NCBI RefSeq assembly: GCF_009914755.1
Contig: NC_060928.1
Source: the human T2T-CHM13v2.0 reference genome, Homo sapiens
Length of the DNA: 64,000 nt
Strand: one strand, 5' to 3'
Of this stretch, positions 1 to 21,740 are shown piece by piece. Positions within the stretch are counted from its first letter, which is position 1; each line of letters opens with the position of its first letter. Made by a program: the position numbers and the translations under genes. Below the pieces are notes generated by a model. It had not been told where the DNA came from and ran no database searches. It was given only the letters and a program-made list of their open reading frames with translations.

Positions 1-769
1 AACTTGGATATGTATTTGACTAAGCCACCAACATAGGCAAATAAGCTCCCTTGGTAAATAGGGAGGGAATGAAGGGTCTGTCTGTTAAACTTCAAGAAGA
101 TTTATCCTCTGGTCTCTGTTTACCAACATTCACACAATACCTATTTTAGCAACTTTATTTCATGGCTTTCTCCACCCTCTACCATGAGGTTCCGGGTAGA
201 ATTCAACTTATTTAAAGCCATGAGGAGTTCATCTATCTATTATTTTTTGTCTTCAAGCATTAAGAAACTGTAATTCACTAGGATTAATTCCTCTTTAACA
301 GAGAACTTTTTTGGATTCCAGTTAGCAAATATACCATGGGTGATAGCCTTCTAGAATATTTCCTCTGAGTTTGAATAATTTCTGGGGTTGTGAGGGTTTT
401 GCTTGTTAATATTTAATTGATAATATTTGATGTGTGGTTCTTAAACTTGGTTTCAGAATCTTCAAAGTATTTCAATGATGCATGTAACAAGAGACTGTAC
501 ACTTCTTTCCTGTAAACAAGTGGGAACACAAGGCAATTTGCATTAAAAATAAATAAAGAATGTCATTCTTTGGTCTTTCTCTGCAGGACTTATTTATTAG
601 GTCATGATTAGGAGCTTCTTTGAATATGAAATCCAGTCATATATGGGTTGTCAGAGATGCTTTTGGACTGTTCTAAGAAGAAGGGGAATAGTCAGCAAGT
701 GTGGGACCAGAGAAAGCCAGGGCAGAGATAGGTGGAGGGTGAGAGACAGATGGAGTATTCACTAGGCAA

Positions 770-990
770 GAGTCCAGACTCCGCAGCCATGTTGCTTGAG
801 TTTCAACCCCAGTTCTACTGCTTCTTAGCAATGTGACTTTGGGTAAACCTTTTATGGATCAGTTTCTTCCTCTGCAAAATGAAGACAATAATGGTGCCTT
901 TCTCATAGGGTTGCTGTGAGGATTAAATGAATGTTAAAGTCTAAGAAATGTGCCTGGAAAGTGTAAGTAATTTGCTTCTATATTTATCAA
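770..990 (+). mobile_element. MIR SINE
   Basis: MIR core: tgtgactttgggtaa...cagtttcttcctctgcaaaatg...catagggttgctgtgaggattaaatga. Confidence 0.75.
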
Positions 991-1305
991 TTATTATTAT
1001 TATTGTATACATGAGACTCAGGTTAGTTAAACAAGAATACTTTGAAATATCTTTTAAGACATCCTTCTAAATGACTTTTGCTTTTCCCAATAATGTTTTG
1101 CATATAGGAGACTGAGATTGGTGTACAAGCAGAATTGTATAGGACTGGCTTACTTTTATAGTACAGGAAAAATGGGCCAGCTCCACTTGTGAGTCAACTT
1201 CCCCCACTCCCTCCCCAGGTGACCTGACAAAATCAGCTATTACTATGTGCTGTTTATCCCAGGGTTACCACTAGGATATCCATGAAGCCTTGACCATTAT
1301 TATGA

Positions 1306-1614
<309 letters not shown>

Positions 1615-1838
1615 TAGCTTCAATTATTATGAGCCTTTTGGCTTATTCGCCTGAGAGTGTACGGCACAATTTGTGAACACAATTTGTGGACTATTTCATC
1701 ATGGGTATTTATGAATAGACAGGGTTTTCTTGAAAAAGAACAACCATTCAAGTTTCCTCACATGTATACCTTGGTCTTTTCCTCAGTGGACTCATATTCT
1801 TTCCACCCTATTTCCCTATTCTCTATTCCCCACCCATT

Positions 1839-1872
1839 ACACACACACACAGACACACACACACACACACAC
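1839..1872. repeat. (CA)n microsatellite
   Basis: Seen directly; further (CA)n at 2682-2713 and (TG)n at about 3374-3429. Confidence 0.9.
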
Positions 1873-2085
1873 TCACTAAAGAGCTGTATACCTTATTTTC
1901 TCCTACCTCTGATTACTGGACCCAGAACTAAAAGGAAAGAAAGTTTCAGAAGTATCATATTTGATTGAATTGGTTCCAATCTCTATGCCTCAGAGTTTTT
2001 TTTTCTTAAGGCCTGGATTCTAGAAGGAAGTGGAAAAGTAAATGCAAACCCAAGAGATTTCTTGCAAGATGTGAGTGATTGATTA

Positions 2086-2484
2086 TGATATGGCTTGAAT
2101 ACTTGTCCCCTCCAAATCTCATGTTGAAATGTGATCCCCAAAATTGGAGGTCAGGCATCCTGGGAGGTGTTTGGGTCATAGGGGCAGATTCCTCATGAAT
2201 GGCTTAGGGCCTGCCCTGCCATAATCAGTTTACAGTCTATCTGGTGTTGAAAAGATCCTGGAACCTACCCCCACTTCTCTTTCTCGCTCCTTGTCTCGTC
2301 ATGTGACGTGCTTGCTCTCTCTTCCACTTCCATGAGTGAAGCTTCATGAAGCCTCACCAGAAGCAGATGCCGGCACTATGCTTCTTGTGCAGTCTGCAGA
2401 ACCGTGAGCCAATTAAATCTCTTTTCTTTATAAATTACTCAGCCTCAGGTATTCCTTTATAGCAACATAAAATAGCCTAATACA
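2086..2484 (+). mobile_element. MaLR solo LTR (MST family)
   Basis: TG...CA termini (tgatatgg...ctaataca); 5-bp TSD GATTA at 2081-2085 and 2485-2489. Confidence 0.85.
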
Positions 2485-2679
2485 GATTATATGTTGATAT
2501 ATTCAATTTGCTTTAACTTTTGTAAAATAACATTTTGACTCTGATTATGTTACATATATTCATTGTAAATTTTTTTAAAAAATAAAAGAATATATGATGT
2601 AAAAATCATGTGTATTTTTCCACTCAGCTAAAATAAGTATTAACATTTATATATAACCTTCTAGACCTTTTCTTCTAAA

Positions 2680-2715
<36 letters not shown>

Positions 2716-4364
2716 TTTATTAAGTGAAATTGGGATCACAACATATACACTGTTGACAATAAGTTTCAGTTTTTGAATGGTAAACAGAACCAAAAATAAA
2801 TTTCAGGAAATCAATGAAAAAAGATCCTTCCTTTTGGTCTTTCACTCACAAATTTTATCAATTTCCTTTTCCTGTTCCTTTGCAGTTTCCCCTTCTTTTA
2901 TTTCCATCAAGTCTTATTGTAACTGGTTCCTTGTATCCCGTGTCTTTTAGGCCATCTACTACTCAGTTTTTGATAAGTTACTAAAAATTTCCAAATCACA
3001 CAATTGGTTAGTAAGCATGAAGAAACTATTCCAAGATCAAGGACTAAGAATTAATACTATTGTAATTGACAGACTCGGTTATTAACTGTAACACATTATG
3101 TGTACTCATTAAGGTACGTAACCACACTCATCCAAATATCAGAACTTATCAGCACCTTATGAGGAGCAGATGGATTCAGGCTGAGATGGAAATTTCAGCA
3201 TCTTATGGGATTTTTTTCTCAAGGGCATTCTGCTTTCTCTGGTCTTTATCTGGTATCTTCCTAGGTTTCATCTTGTGATGATATCAATAAGCTTCTGCCT
3301 TCACAGGATATAGCCTGACATACCTAGTCTGTGGTGATAGAAATTGAATTAGTGGTTACCAGATGTTGTGTTTTGTGCGTGTGTGCGTGTGTGTGCGCAC
3401 ACATGTCTGTGTGTGTGTGTGTGTGTGTGCTGTTTTGACTGGAAAGGAACACAGAACAACATTTTAGCATGCTGAATATGGGTCACAGTTACACGGGTAA
3501 GGACATATGTAAAATATATGTGTGTACTTTACTCTTCGATGTTATCTCTAAATTTTTTTTAACAAAATACGGCTTGATCCACCCTTTTGGCAGGCTATCA
3601 GTACTTTAAGCTGGTGATCTAGTCAAGATCTAGTAACTTTCAGAAACTGCAGACCAGCCATTGTGTCAGCTACAGAGACCTCTGGCCTTTCCTGTTCCTG
3701 GGTTCTTCTACAGAATAGAAATCCTCAGAGATGCTTGTGACAAAAGGAGTTTTGTGGTCAAATAAGTTTAAGAAATGCTGCACAATCTAGGCCACTTTGA
3801 AAGACGCACAATGCAAACAGACATTAAAGGCTCTGAGAAGTCTTACAACAAAAAACGTATTTATCCCAAATTGTTCTAAACTTACTTACCATGAAACCCT
3901 TTTAATTAATACCTATTGACATCTCATTAGAATAATCAGCTTATGTTCAGAGAGAAGCCTAGTCAGTACCAGGTCACCAAAGGCTCCCATGCACCAGGTG
4001 AAATGAACAACCCCTGCTAGTTTTATTTGGTATGAGGTCACTCATTAAACTCCTATTTTCACGAAATCACGCTCACAACCTAGAGTTTGTTGTCACAGTG
4101 CTCTTGATTTTTTTTGTCATACTTAACACACTGATGAATAAACAGTACAGCTTGCCATAAATCAGTTACAAAAGGGAAGATTTTAGTGCGGATTTTCCAA
4201 CCAGAAAGTCAGACTATACAAGTCAGTGCCCATGAGAAGGAACGTATCTGATAAAATGTGCAGAACAAAGAATGAGCATGAGGTCCTCTAGAATTATTAT
4301 AAACACTTATGATAATAAATTCAATTAGTCTGTTAACTTATTCTCTAATTGGAAATCTAATTTA

Positions 4365-4719
<355 letters not shown>

Positions 4720-5156
4720 TGAACTAAGTCATAATTCCATCTAAACCCAAGAGTAGACATTTTCCCTTAAGTTTCACTGCTTTTGGTTTTTGAGGTTATA
4801 ATTGTTAAAATGATATCATAACTGATTATGGGAAAAGTAAAATATTATAGAGGACAGGAAAGTGATAACAAAGCACACTGATACTATAATGTATTTTTAA
4901 AAGACCTTATTTTATTCCATATTCATTTATAGACTAACACATACTTTGAGAGGAAAATTTTAAAACGTTTTTTACAAATAATCTTTCACAATTTTATCTA
5001 TTTATTTTCCTGTCTCAAAATAATACATATTGCTGGCAGAGTTTTCCTCAAGCAGCCACTACCTGATAATGAATGGGTTAAAAAGACCTGGATAGCCCAG
5101 TGTTCCTTTTTCTCCTTCATTCTTTATCTTCATCATCTTTTTTAAAAAAAAAAATA

Positions 5157-5272
5157 AGATAGAGTCTTACTCTGTTGCCCAGGCTGGACTCGAACTCTTA
5201 GGCTCAAGTGATCCTCCTGTCTCAGCCTCCTAAATAACTGGGACTACAGGTGTGTGCAACCACCCCTGGCTT
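5157..5272 (-). mobile_element. Alu monomer (FLAM-like)
   Basis: Single reverse Alu arm. Confidence 0.7.
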
Positions 5273-5867
5273 CTGTCATGTTTTTATCTCATCTGGATTT
5301 CTCCAAAAAATCTTCCACTCCATGATAAAAAGCAGCTAAGTCTGCCAACATCTGCCTAATTCTTTTTCTAGGGCAAAGGTGCTTATGTTCCAAATTTCAA
5401 CATTTTAAGGAAGGAACCATAAGGAAACATACTAATAAGTATTTGCAAATAATCTCATTCTCAGAGGAACATACCATATAGTGTGTCAGCCTGACTTGAA
5501 AAGACTTTAAATTCAATCCCTGGAGCAGCGTCACTTGTATTCAAAGACCAATTGCAGCAGAAGCATGTAACAATATGAAAATGCAGATCCCTGGGCTTTA
5601 CCTCAGACCTACACTCTCTGAAGGTAGAGCTGAGAGTTCTGCCAGTTTAATGGGCCCTATTGGTGCGGATCAAATCATCTATCAAAATGCTTTTTTTCAG
5701 CACTTAATGATAGCTCCACTTGCAGAGTTGCTAATGGGTACTTCTGATTGGGGTGAATCGGGGAATGTACATGGCATCTGTGTTTATAAAGAATTCAGAG
5801 GGTTACTTGAATGAGCACTGGGGGTTGAGAACTACTGCCCCAACAGTTAATAAAAAAAAAGAACAAA

Positions 5868-6165
5868 CGCTGGGCGCAGTGGCTCACGCCTGTAATCCCA
5901 GCACTTTGGCAGGCCGAGGCAGGCGGATTATGAGGTCAGGAGATCGAGACCATCCTGTCTAACACGGTGAAACCCCGTCCCCACTGAAAATACAAAAAAT
6001 TAGCTGGGCGCCGTGGCGGGCGCCTTAGTTCCAGCTACTCAGGAGGCTGAGGCAGGAGAATGGCGTGAACCCGGGAGGCGGAGCTTGCAGTGAGCCGAGA
6101 TTGTGCCACTGTACTCTAGCCTGGGCGACAGAGCGAAACTCTGTCTCAAAAAAAAAAAAAAAAAA
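5868..6165 (+). mobile_element. Alu (AluY-like)
   Basis: Dimer plus poly-A; TSD aaaaagaacaaa. Confidence 0.9.
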
Positions 6166-6368
6166 GAACAAATGTTGAAAGATTTATTTCATTTTGATTT
6201 GCCAATGAATTGCTTTTTAATCTGGAGAACTGAGGATGGGCAAACATAATAATCAGATTTACAGTAATTATTAGTGAAGGATGGAGGGATTCAAGTGAAT
6301 AGAATATCAAATGCTATGACTTCTCAACATAAAAAAGTTCACGGTGGCATTTCCATGACCTTAATTCT

Positions 6369-9312
<2,944 letters not shown>

Positions 9313-9329
9313 TCCATGACCTTAATTCT

Positions 9330-9505
9330 TAACCCTGGCTGCTCTTTAGAATCCTCCAGGATTAAGCTTTAAACAAATAGTGATGCCTGGGCCCTACTCC
9401 ACATGAACTAAATCAGAATCTCTGTGGTGGGGGCGTGGACTCCTGCTTATTTTAACAGCTTCCAGGGTGACTCTAGTGTGCAGCCAGCCAGAGCACCACT
9501 ACTCT
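9330..9505. mobile_element. MER5A-like hAT MITE
   Basis: ttagaatc...gatgcctgggccc...aatcagaatctctg...ccagggtgactcta...accact motif order. Confidence 0.6.
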
Positions 9506-9851
9506 GTGACATATGAGAAGCTGTTGAGTCACCTGCTATTGTTGACATTACAAGCAGTTCATGTTCTCTTCCAGACACTTGGAGGTCTTTAGGAGAAGTG
9601 AATGCTTGGCACTGTTCTTTCATCTCTTGTTTCCACTTCTTGAACCACCATCATTAAGAATTACTGCTTTATTCATGATAGCAGTAAAATACAAATAATT
9701 TTGCCACCTGCTTTCTTGCCATAATTATGAAGCAGCATATTTCATATTTCTTAGAGCAAAATCCAGAAAGTTATATAACTTACAAATTTGTTAGTTAAAA
9801 TTTACCTCCCTTGGGAGGCAAGGGGATAGCATTTGTGGAATTTTGTGATCT

Positions 9852-9864
9852 GTTGCTTGGCAAC
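9852..9864. promoter_or_regulatory. RFX X-box in the C4orf51 proximal promoter
   Basis: Near-palindromic GTTGCTTGGCAAC about 155 nt upstream of the ATG; fits the RFX consensus. Confidence 0.6.
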
Positions 9865-9907
9865 TATATCTAAGACAGTTAAGCTTCTGCACTCTGTGAA
9901 CTGTTGA

Positions 9908-10252
<345 letters not shown>

Positions 10253-11371
10253 TAAGATTTCTTTGTAATTTGCACCTGGATATATCACTATAAATAGACA
10301 AGAGTGCTCTTAGAAGAAAGAGGTATTGTAGACCCTGAGAGACTTCATAGACTTTAACCCTCTGTATTTTCTTTTGTAAATGTCAGCAGGAAGAAGAGCT
10401 AAATGTCAGTGACCAGCTGAAATTATGATCCTATTCTCTATTTAGTATTCCTAAAATTACATATAACTACCTAGTCCTGAAAGGATATGGATATGAATAT
10501 TTGACTAAATTTTGGGTATTTGGGGTTCTCTTTTCAGCAAAAAGGTGCTCCTGAGAATTTCATTTTGTTTCTTGTTTGGTTTTCTGGCTTTCAGGAGCTT
10601 AAAACTTCCTTCAGAGGAGGAAGAAATTCATGAAATCCTTCCCTACTCCCTACCTGTGGTTATTGCATTTTCTGAGTGTTTTCTGTAAGCCAGGCCCTGT
10701 GATAAGCCCATAATCAAAAAAATTAACTTCAGTTTATAAAGTGACTGGAACTAGGGAAATAAGTAATCAGCACAAAGTAAGGAGATTTTGTGGGTGTCTG
10801 GTGAGGGAGGGAGTGTTGTGTGTCTGAAGAGAGCTCAGTAAAATAGGTTTCCTCCAAGCTGGTTTGAAAGGCAGGCGAGGTGGGGAATGGAAAAGCACAC
10901 TGCATGGAGAAAGAACCATTTAGCCCCAAGCACTGTCAAGGAGCTGCAAGGAGCTAAGTACATTTGAGAAAGTATAAGTGGGGATGTGGAAAAATGTCAG
11001 GACTTGTTATGAAATCTATCCATCTGTATATATTAATTGGTAAATATTTTATCCAAATTCTTGGAACATATTTGATAATCAGTTGAATTATTAACCTCAA
11101 CTTCAGATAAGAGCAATAACCCACATAATACCCTGATAAATATTAGTTATATTTCCATCCAGACCTTTCCAAATCATCAAAACAAGTACTTAAAGATAAA
11201 ATGTCTCAGAAGTACTTCTCAATTGGGTGCCTTATCTGGTTTAGTCCAACAAAGTATAATTTCTGCATTTTTAAAATAACTCTCAAGTATATTGACACTT
11301 AATTAGCTTTGGACATCCCTTTGCTACTTTTTCTGTGATACTTGAGGTTCATCTTGGCCAGGTAGTGAAGT

Positions 11372-11752
11372 TGTCTTAGTCCATTTTCTGCTTCTATAAC
11401 ACAATACCACAGACTGGGTAACTTATAAATAATAGAAGTTTATTTGGCTCAGGGTTATTGGAGAATGAGTAGTCCAAGAACATGGTGCCAGCATCTGGTG
11501 AGGCTCATCTTATTGCAGAGGGTGAAAGGTGGAAGAGAGCACTTATGATAGAGAGAGATACCAGAAACTGAACTTGCTTTATAAACAGCCTCCTCTTGAG
11601 ATAACTAACCTGCTCATATGATTAATCTATTTGTGGAGGTTCCACACTTATGACCTAGTCACCTCTTATTAGTCCTTACCTCCCAAAACTATTGCATTGG
11701 GGATTAAATTTCTAACACATGAACTTTTGAGTGACACACTCAAACCATAACA
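11372..11752 (-). mobile_element. MaLR solo LTR (MST/MLT1A-like)
   Basis: tgtcttagtcc...caaaccataaca termini; imperfect TSD gaagt/ggagt. Confidence 0.75.
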
Positions 11753-12719
11753 GGAGTCTTTAAGCACTGCTGAGGTCCTGTCTGAAAATAGTGTTTGAAA
11801 GAAAGATGGTATCCAAACAGATCCATTTACCAGAGTAGGAAAAAAGGTACTATATTTAATAACTCTGAAAAAAATGCAGGAATAGGACATCTGGTGAAAA
11901 TGTATAGGACCTGGAATTTTTTCCTATTCAGAGAGTGATCATTATGTGAATCATTCCAACCAAGGCGGCCTGTGACATTGCAAAACACAAAAGAGCATGA
12001 GCTTGTGAGGTTCATCTGTTTTTGGAACCTCAGAAATGTAAATATATTCTTTGCACAATTATTTCTTATTCTATTAGAAGCTAAGAAGAAGCAAGTGTTA
12101 TAAATGAAGATGAAGCACAAATTGAGCTCATTTTGAAAGTACTGATTATATTCTAAATTTGCTTTGTTTTTAATCTTTTTCATGGCTAATTTTAGCCCCA
12201 AGGACAAATGTCTTTTTAAGTTCTGAGCAAAAGCTATTTGATTAAAATTCCATAAGGCTATAGAGAGACATTTTACATTGCTATAAAGTCAGAATGGTCC
12301 AAGGAGAATTACTGGGACAAAACATAAAATGACTGATCATTTAAAGTGGGTTAAGTCAGGAAAGTACTAAAATACACAAAACATTATACATTACACTTTT
12401 TATTCATCTTATTTATTTACCACATACATTGAATATTCATATTGTGTGAGATAGAAGAAACTTGGTAAAAGTCTTGATCATTTGGTTCTGAACCAGTTTT
12501 AACCGCAGATATGTAAATTTATAAACGTAATCAAAAGGATTCCGAATTTGGAGAATGAAATTAGTGTGATACAGACCTTAAGCTATTATGAAATATTGGT
12601 GTCAATCCCAGTTGTCTGCCATGGTTAAAATAAGGGAAGGGTCACATTTTGGAATTCCTAAGACAGGAACGTGGCTCAAGTATAAATTATTAAGTCTTGA
12701 TTCTTTCTGTATTCAAGAC

Positions 12720-14600
<1,881 letters not shown>

Positions 14601-15161
14601 TTGAGGCAGGGGAAGCTGGGGAATGGAGAGGAAGGCTGGCTTTAAATGGGATGGTCAGAAGGCAGGAAGTACTATTAGGGTTAAGGAGAGACATTTTCTA
14701 ACAACCAAATAGGAGGATATAGCAATCTCAAATTTGTCTGCATCTAGTAACATAGTCTCTAAGCTTATTAGGTAAAACTGAAAGAGCCAAAAGGAGAAAT
14801 AAGTAAATACACAATCATAGTTGAACATTTTAACATACCTCTGTCAGTAACTGATGGAAAAAAGCAAATAATAAAGGCAAACCAAGTTTGAACAACTTAA
14901 GATACTTGTCCTAATTGACATAGCTATAGTATTGAACCTATCAACCACAGAATATACATTCTGTGGTTGACCATTGTGTCAAGTTCTACAGAAACACCTA
15001 TTGGAACTGTATAAAATCTATAAATCAATTTGGTAAGAACTGACATTTTTACAATATCCTTGTATTCGTCCATTTTCACACTGCTGTAAAGACCATATTT
15101 TAGGCCATTAAAAAGCAACAATTTTCAAATAATTCAAATAATACAGAGTATGTTTTCTGAC

Positions 15162-15624
15162 TGTAGTAGGACAAGCCACAGACAAAATTCCTCAGACAGC
15201 GAGTTAAAGAAGGAAGGGGTTTATTCGGCTAGGGGCATCGGCAAGACTCCTGTCTCAAGAGCTGAGCTCCCTCAGTGAGCAATTCCTGTCCCTTTTAAGG
15301 GCTCACAACTCTAAGGGGGTGTGTGTGAGAGGGTCGTGCTCAATTGAGCAAGCAGCGGGTAACGTGACTGGGGGCTGCATGCACTGGTAATTAGATCGGA
15401 ACAAAACAGAATAGGGATTTTCACAGTGCTTTTCTATACAATGTCTGTAATCTATAGTTAACATAACCGATTAGGTCAGTGGTCGATCTTTAACTACCAG
15501 GCCCAGGGTGTGGCGGCGGGCCGTCTGCTTGTGGATTTCATTTCTGCCTTTTAGTTTTTACTTTTTCTTTCTTTGGAGGCAGAAATTGGGCATAAGACAA
15601 TATGAGGGGTGGTCTCCTCCCTTA
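15162..15624 (-). mobile_element. LTR2-family (HERV-E/Harlequin) solo LTR
   Basis: Minus strand begins taagggaggagaccacccctcatattgtc; 4-bp TSD TGAC at 15158-15161 and 15625-15628. Confidence 0.8.
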
Positions 15625-15799
15625 TGACAAGTGTTAGTAAGCTGGAAATCAATGACAAAAACAAAACTAGAAAATGTCTAAATATATAGAAATTTAACAG
15701 TACACTCATATAACCCATGAGTAAAAATTAAATCACAATGAAAATTAGAAAACAATCTTTGAATTGAATAATACATAAAGTATGATAAATAAAAGACTT

Positions 15800-16245
15800 G
15801 TGAAAGCCATAGCCAAAAGGTGAAAACAACCCAAATATACATCAATAAAGAAATAAACAAAATGTGGTACATACATACAATGGAATATTATTCGGCCTTA
15901 AAAAGGAATGCAATTCTGACACATGCTACAACATGGATGCACCTTGAAAGCTTTATGCTAAGTGAATAAAGTCAGACATAAAAAGACAAATTTTGTGTGA
16001 CGTACCTAGGCTAGGCAAATCATACAGACAAAAAGTAGAATACATGTTACCAGAGGCTAGGAAGAGGGGGAAATGGGGAGTTATTGTTTAATGAATATAG
16101 AGTTTTTGTTTGGGTTGACTAAAAAGTTCTAGAGATGGATAGTAGTAATCATTGCACAACATTGTGAATGTTCTTACTTTCACTGAATGTACACTTAAAA
16201 ATAACTAAAATGATAAATTTTCTCTTGTGTGTATTTTACAATAAT
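15800..16245 (+). mobile_element. L1MB-like 3' UTR
   Basis: aacaaaatgtggtacatacatacaatggaatatta...atgtacacttaaaa typical of old L1 3' ends. Confidence 0.75.
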
Positions 16246-16842
16246 CATAATAATAATGAAAACTTGTGAAGGACAGAACTTGTAGAATGCAGAGAGGGGC
16301 TCCCTGTATATCCATCCCTCTGTATATAACTGTATATACAGAGGGATGTACATTCTGTATATTCACTGCTTGCACAAATTGTCAAAGTCAACTTTTTCAA
16401 AACTCTGAAAATTAACCAAAGGTTTACAACAATCTGAGGAGTGTATATTCAAGGAAAACTAAAAAACCCTGGAAACAACAGTGAGGTTTGCACATTGTAA
16501 CTTGATCACTCCCACCCCCTTGATAGTCCTTGAGAGCAATGCTGGTTACTACATTTGTTTGATCATGAAAATGATAAGTTCTTTTTAAAAATAAAAGTTC
16601 TCAAGTCACTCTCCTTAGAAATTATCATAATGAAGCACTGATTAATGTATGTTTAATAAGTGCTCCAGATGGATCTTATATGATCAGAAAACAATGGGAA
16701 ATGCTGTTTGGAAGAGGGTGAAAAATCTATTCTTGCCACATGGCAGCCTGACACCAAACTTGATGTCACTTAAGGGGATTCTGAGGAGTCACCCTTTCAG
16801 AAGACATTGGATCTTGTGGGGGGGGCGGTTTCCTTCTACCCC

Positions 16843-17314
16843 TTTGAAAGAAAAATAAATCTTGGGGCCCCCAAATCACTAAGCTAAAGGGAAATGTCAA
16901 GCTGGTAGCTGCTTAGGGCCACCCTGCCTCCCATTCTATTCAAAGTCACACCTCTGCTCAATGAGATAGATGCATATCTGATTGCCTCCTTTGGAAAGGC
17001 TAATCAGAAACTCAAAAGAATGCAACTCTTCATCTCTTACCTATCTGTGACCTGGAAGTTCCCTCCCCTCTTTGAGTCTTCCTGCCTTTGCTTCAAGTTG
17101 TCCTGCCTTTCCAGACCGAACCAATGTACTTCTTATATATATTGATTGATGTCTCATGTTTTCCTAAAATGTATAAAACTAAGCTGTGCCCTGACCACCT
17201 TGGGCACATGTCCTCAGGACTTCCTGAGGCTGTGTCATAGGCACACATCCTTAACCTTGGCAAAATAAACTTTCTAAATTAACTGAGACATGTCTCAAAT
17301 TTTCAGGGTTCACA
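16843..17314 (+). mobile_element. MER4-family ERV1 solo LTR
   Basis: gaaagaaaaataaatcttgggg...aataaactttctaaattaactgagac...ttcaca. Confidence 0.75.
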
Positions 17315-17738
17315 TCTCCTTTTCACTAGAGGACAAAATTTACTTTTCTGTGTCAGTCTTGGACTCCTTCAATTGACCTCATTGTTGCTTAGGGGGAACA
17401 CAAACCCAGAAAAGAGAAAAAGTTGTGATAACTGTAACTGAGCCTTTCAGAATAGTCCAAAATTGTTTGAAAAGCAATGATTTTCCTTTCTGAATTGGCA
17501 GTTACAGAAACAAACTCTGGAGTGAAAAAGCAGCAGCATGTCAGGTTATGCTTCTCAAATGGAGTAGCACTGTGCCAGGGCTCATGGAAAGCCACAGGAC
17601 AAATAGGGAGCACTTGTTTGTTATAGCAGCAATACAAAAGTAATACAGGTGGGAGGGAGAGCAGAAACATTTTTAAGTAAAGAAAAAGCACACATGATTT
17701 TTATAATAAAGGAAAACATCGCATGATATAAACTTTTA

Positions 17739-18035
<297 letters not shown>

Positions 18036-18187
18036 GCACCTACAACATGGCTAAAATAGGTCACATCTCTGCAAAGAAATGTAATCAAAGATGTGCAAGA
18101 TCTCCACTCAGAAAACCAGAAGACATTAGAGAAAATAGAGGCAATCTAAAAGGAGATACAAACCATGTTCATGAATTGAAAGATGAT

Positions 18188-18550
18188 AGATGTGGTTTGG
18201 CTTTGTGTCCCACCCAAATCTCATATCCAATTGTAATTTTCACATGTCAAGGGAAGGTCCTGGTAGGAGGTGATTGGATCATGGGGGCAGTTCCCCCATG
18301 CTGCTTTTGTGATAGTGAAAGTGTTCTCCTGATATCTGATAGTTTAAAAGTGGTAGTTTCCCCAGCATGCTCTATCTCTCCTGCCACCATTTAAGATGTG
18401 CCTTGCTTCCCCTTTGTCTTCTGCCATGATTGTAAGTTTCCTGAGGCCTCTCCAGCCATGTGGAACTGTGAGTCAATTAAACCTCTTTTGTTTATAAATT
18501 ACCCAGTCTCAGGTAGTATCTTTATAGCAGTGTGAAAATGGACTAATACA
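18188..18550 (+). mobile_element. THE1-family MaLR solo LTR within an old L1
   Basis: ggtttggctttgtgtcccacccaaatctcat...ggactaataca. Confidence 0.8.
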
Positions 18551-19487
18551 AGGATATTGTAAAAATGTCAGTTCTTCCCAAATTGATTTATAGATTTTAT
18601 ACAGTTCCAATAGGTGTTTTTGTAGAACTTGACACAATGATTCTAAAATTTATGTGGAACTACAAAGAGCCAGGCAATAGCTGAGACACTCTCAAAATAA
18701 ATAAACAAACAAACAAACAACAACAACAAAAAGGTGAGGTCTTGTTCTACCAACAACAAACATATTATAAAGCTTCAGTAATTAAGGCAGGGTGCTTTTA
18801 TGAAACAAGAATAAACAAAGACCAGTGGAGCAGAATAAAGAGCCAGAAACAGACCCATGCATATACAAGTACTTGATTCATAAAAAAAGACAGCAGAGTA
18901 GCAAAGAAAGGCGGTTTTCAATTCCAAATAAATTAATTCAGATGAATTAAATAACAAAGTGTAAAAGGCAAATCAATGAAACCATTAGATGACAATATGG
19001 AGAATATCTTGATGATTTCAAGGTTGGCAAAGATTTCTTAAACAAAACACAGAAAACACTAACCAGAAGGAAAAAGTTAGATAAATTTTGAGTTACCTTA
19101 AAATTAAGTAGTTCTATTCAACTAAATACAATATTAAGGGCATATAAAAAGGCAAGCCACAGAGAAGAATATATTTTCAACTTAGTGACTGACAAAAGGC
19201 TTGCATCTATGAGACATATATGTATCTATATACATATATGTGTATATATATGAATTTGTAAAAACTCTTACAAATTAATACCAAAAAAACACAACTCACT
19301 AGAAAAATAGGAAAGAGACTTCAAAATTAAATCAATAAACCAAGATATCCAAATAACCGATAAACATACCAAAGGTGCTCAACCACGTTAGGAATCATAA
19401 AATGCAAATTAAAACCACAAAGAGCTTATGCTAAACACCCTCCAGAAAAGTTAAAATTTAAAAGACTATTAATATTAAGTGTCAACA

Positions 19488-21740
<2,253 letters not shown>

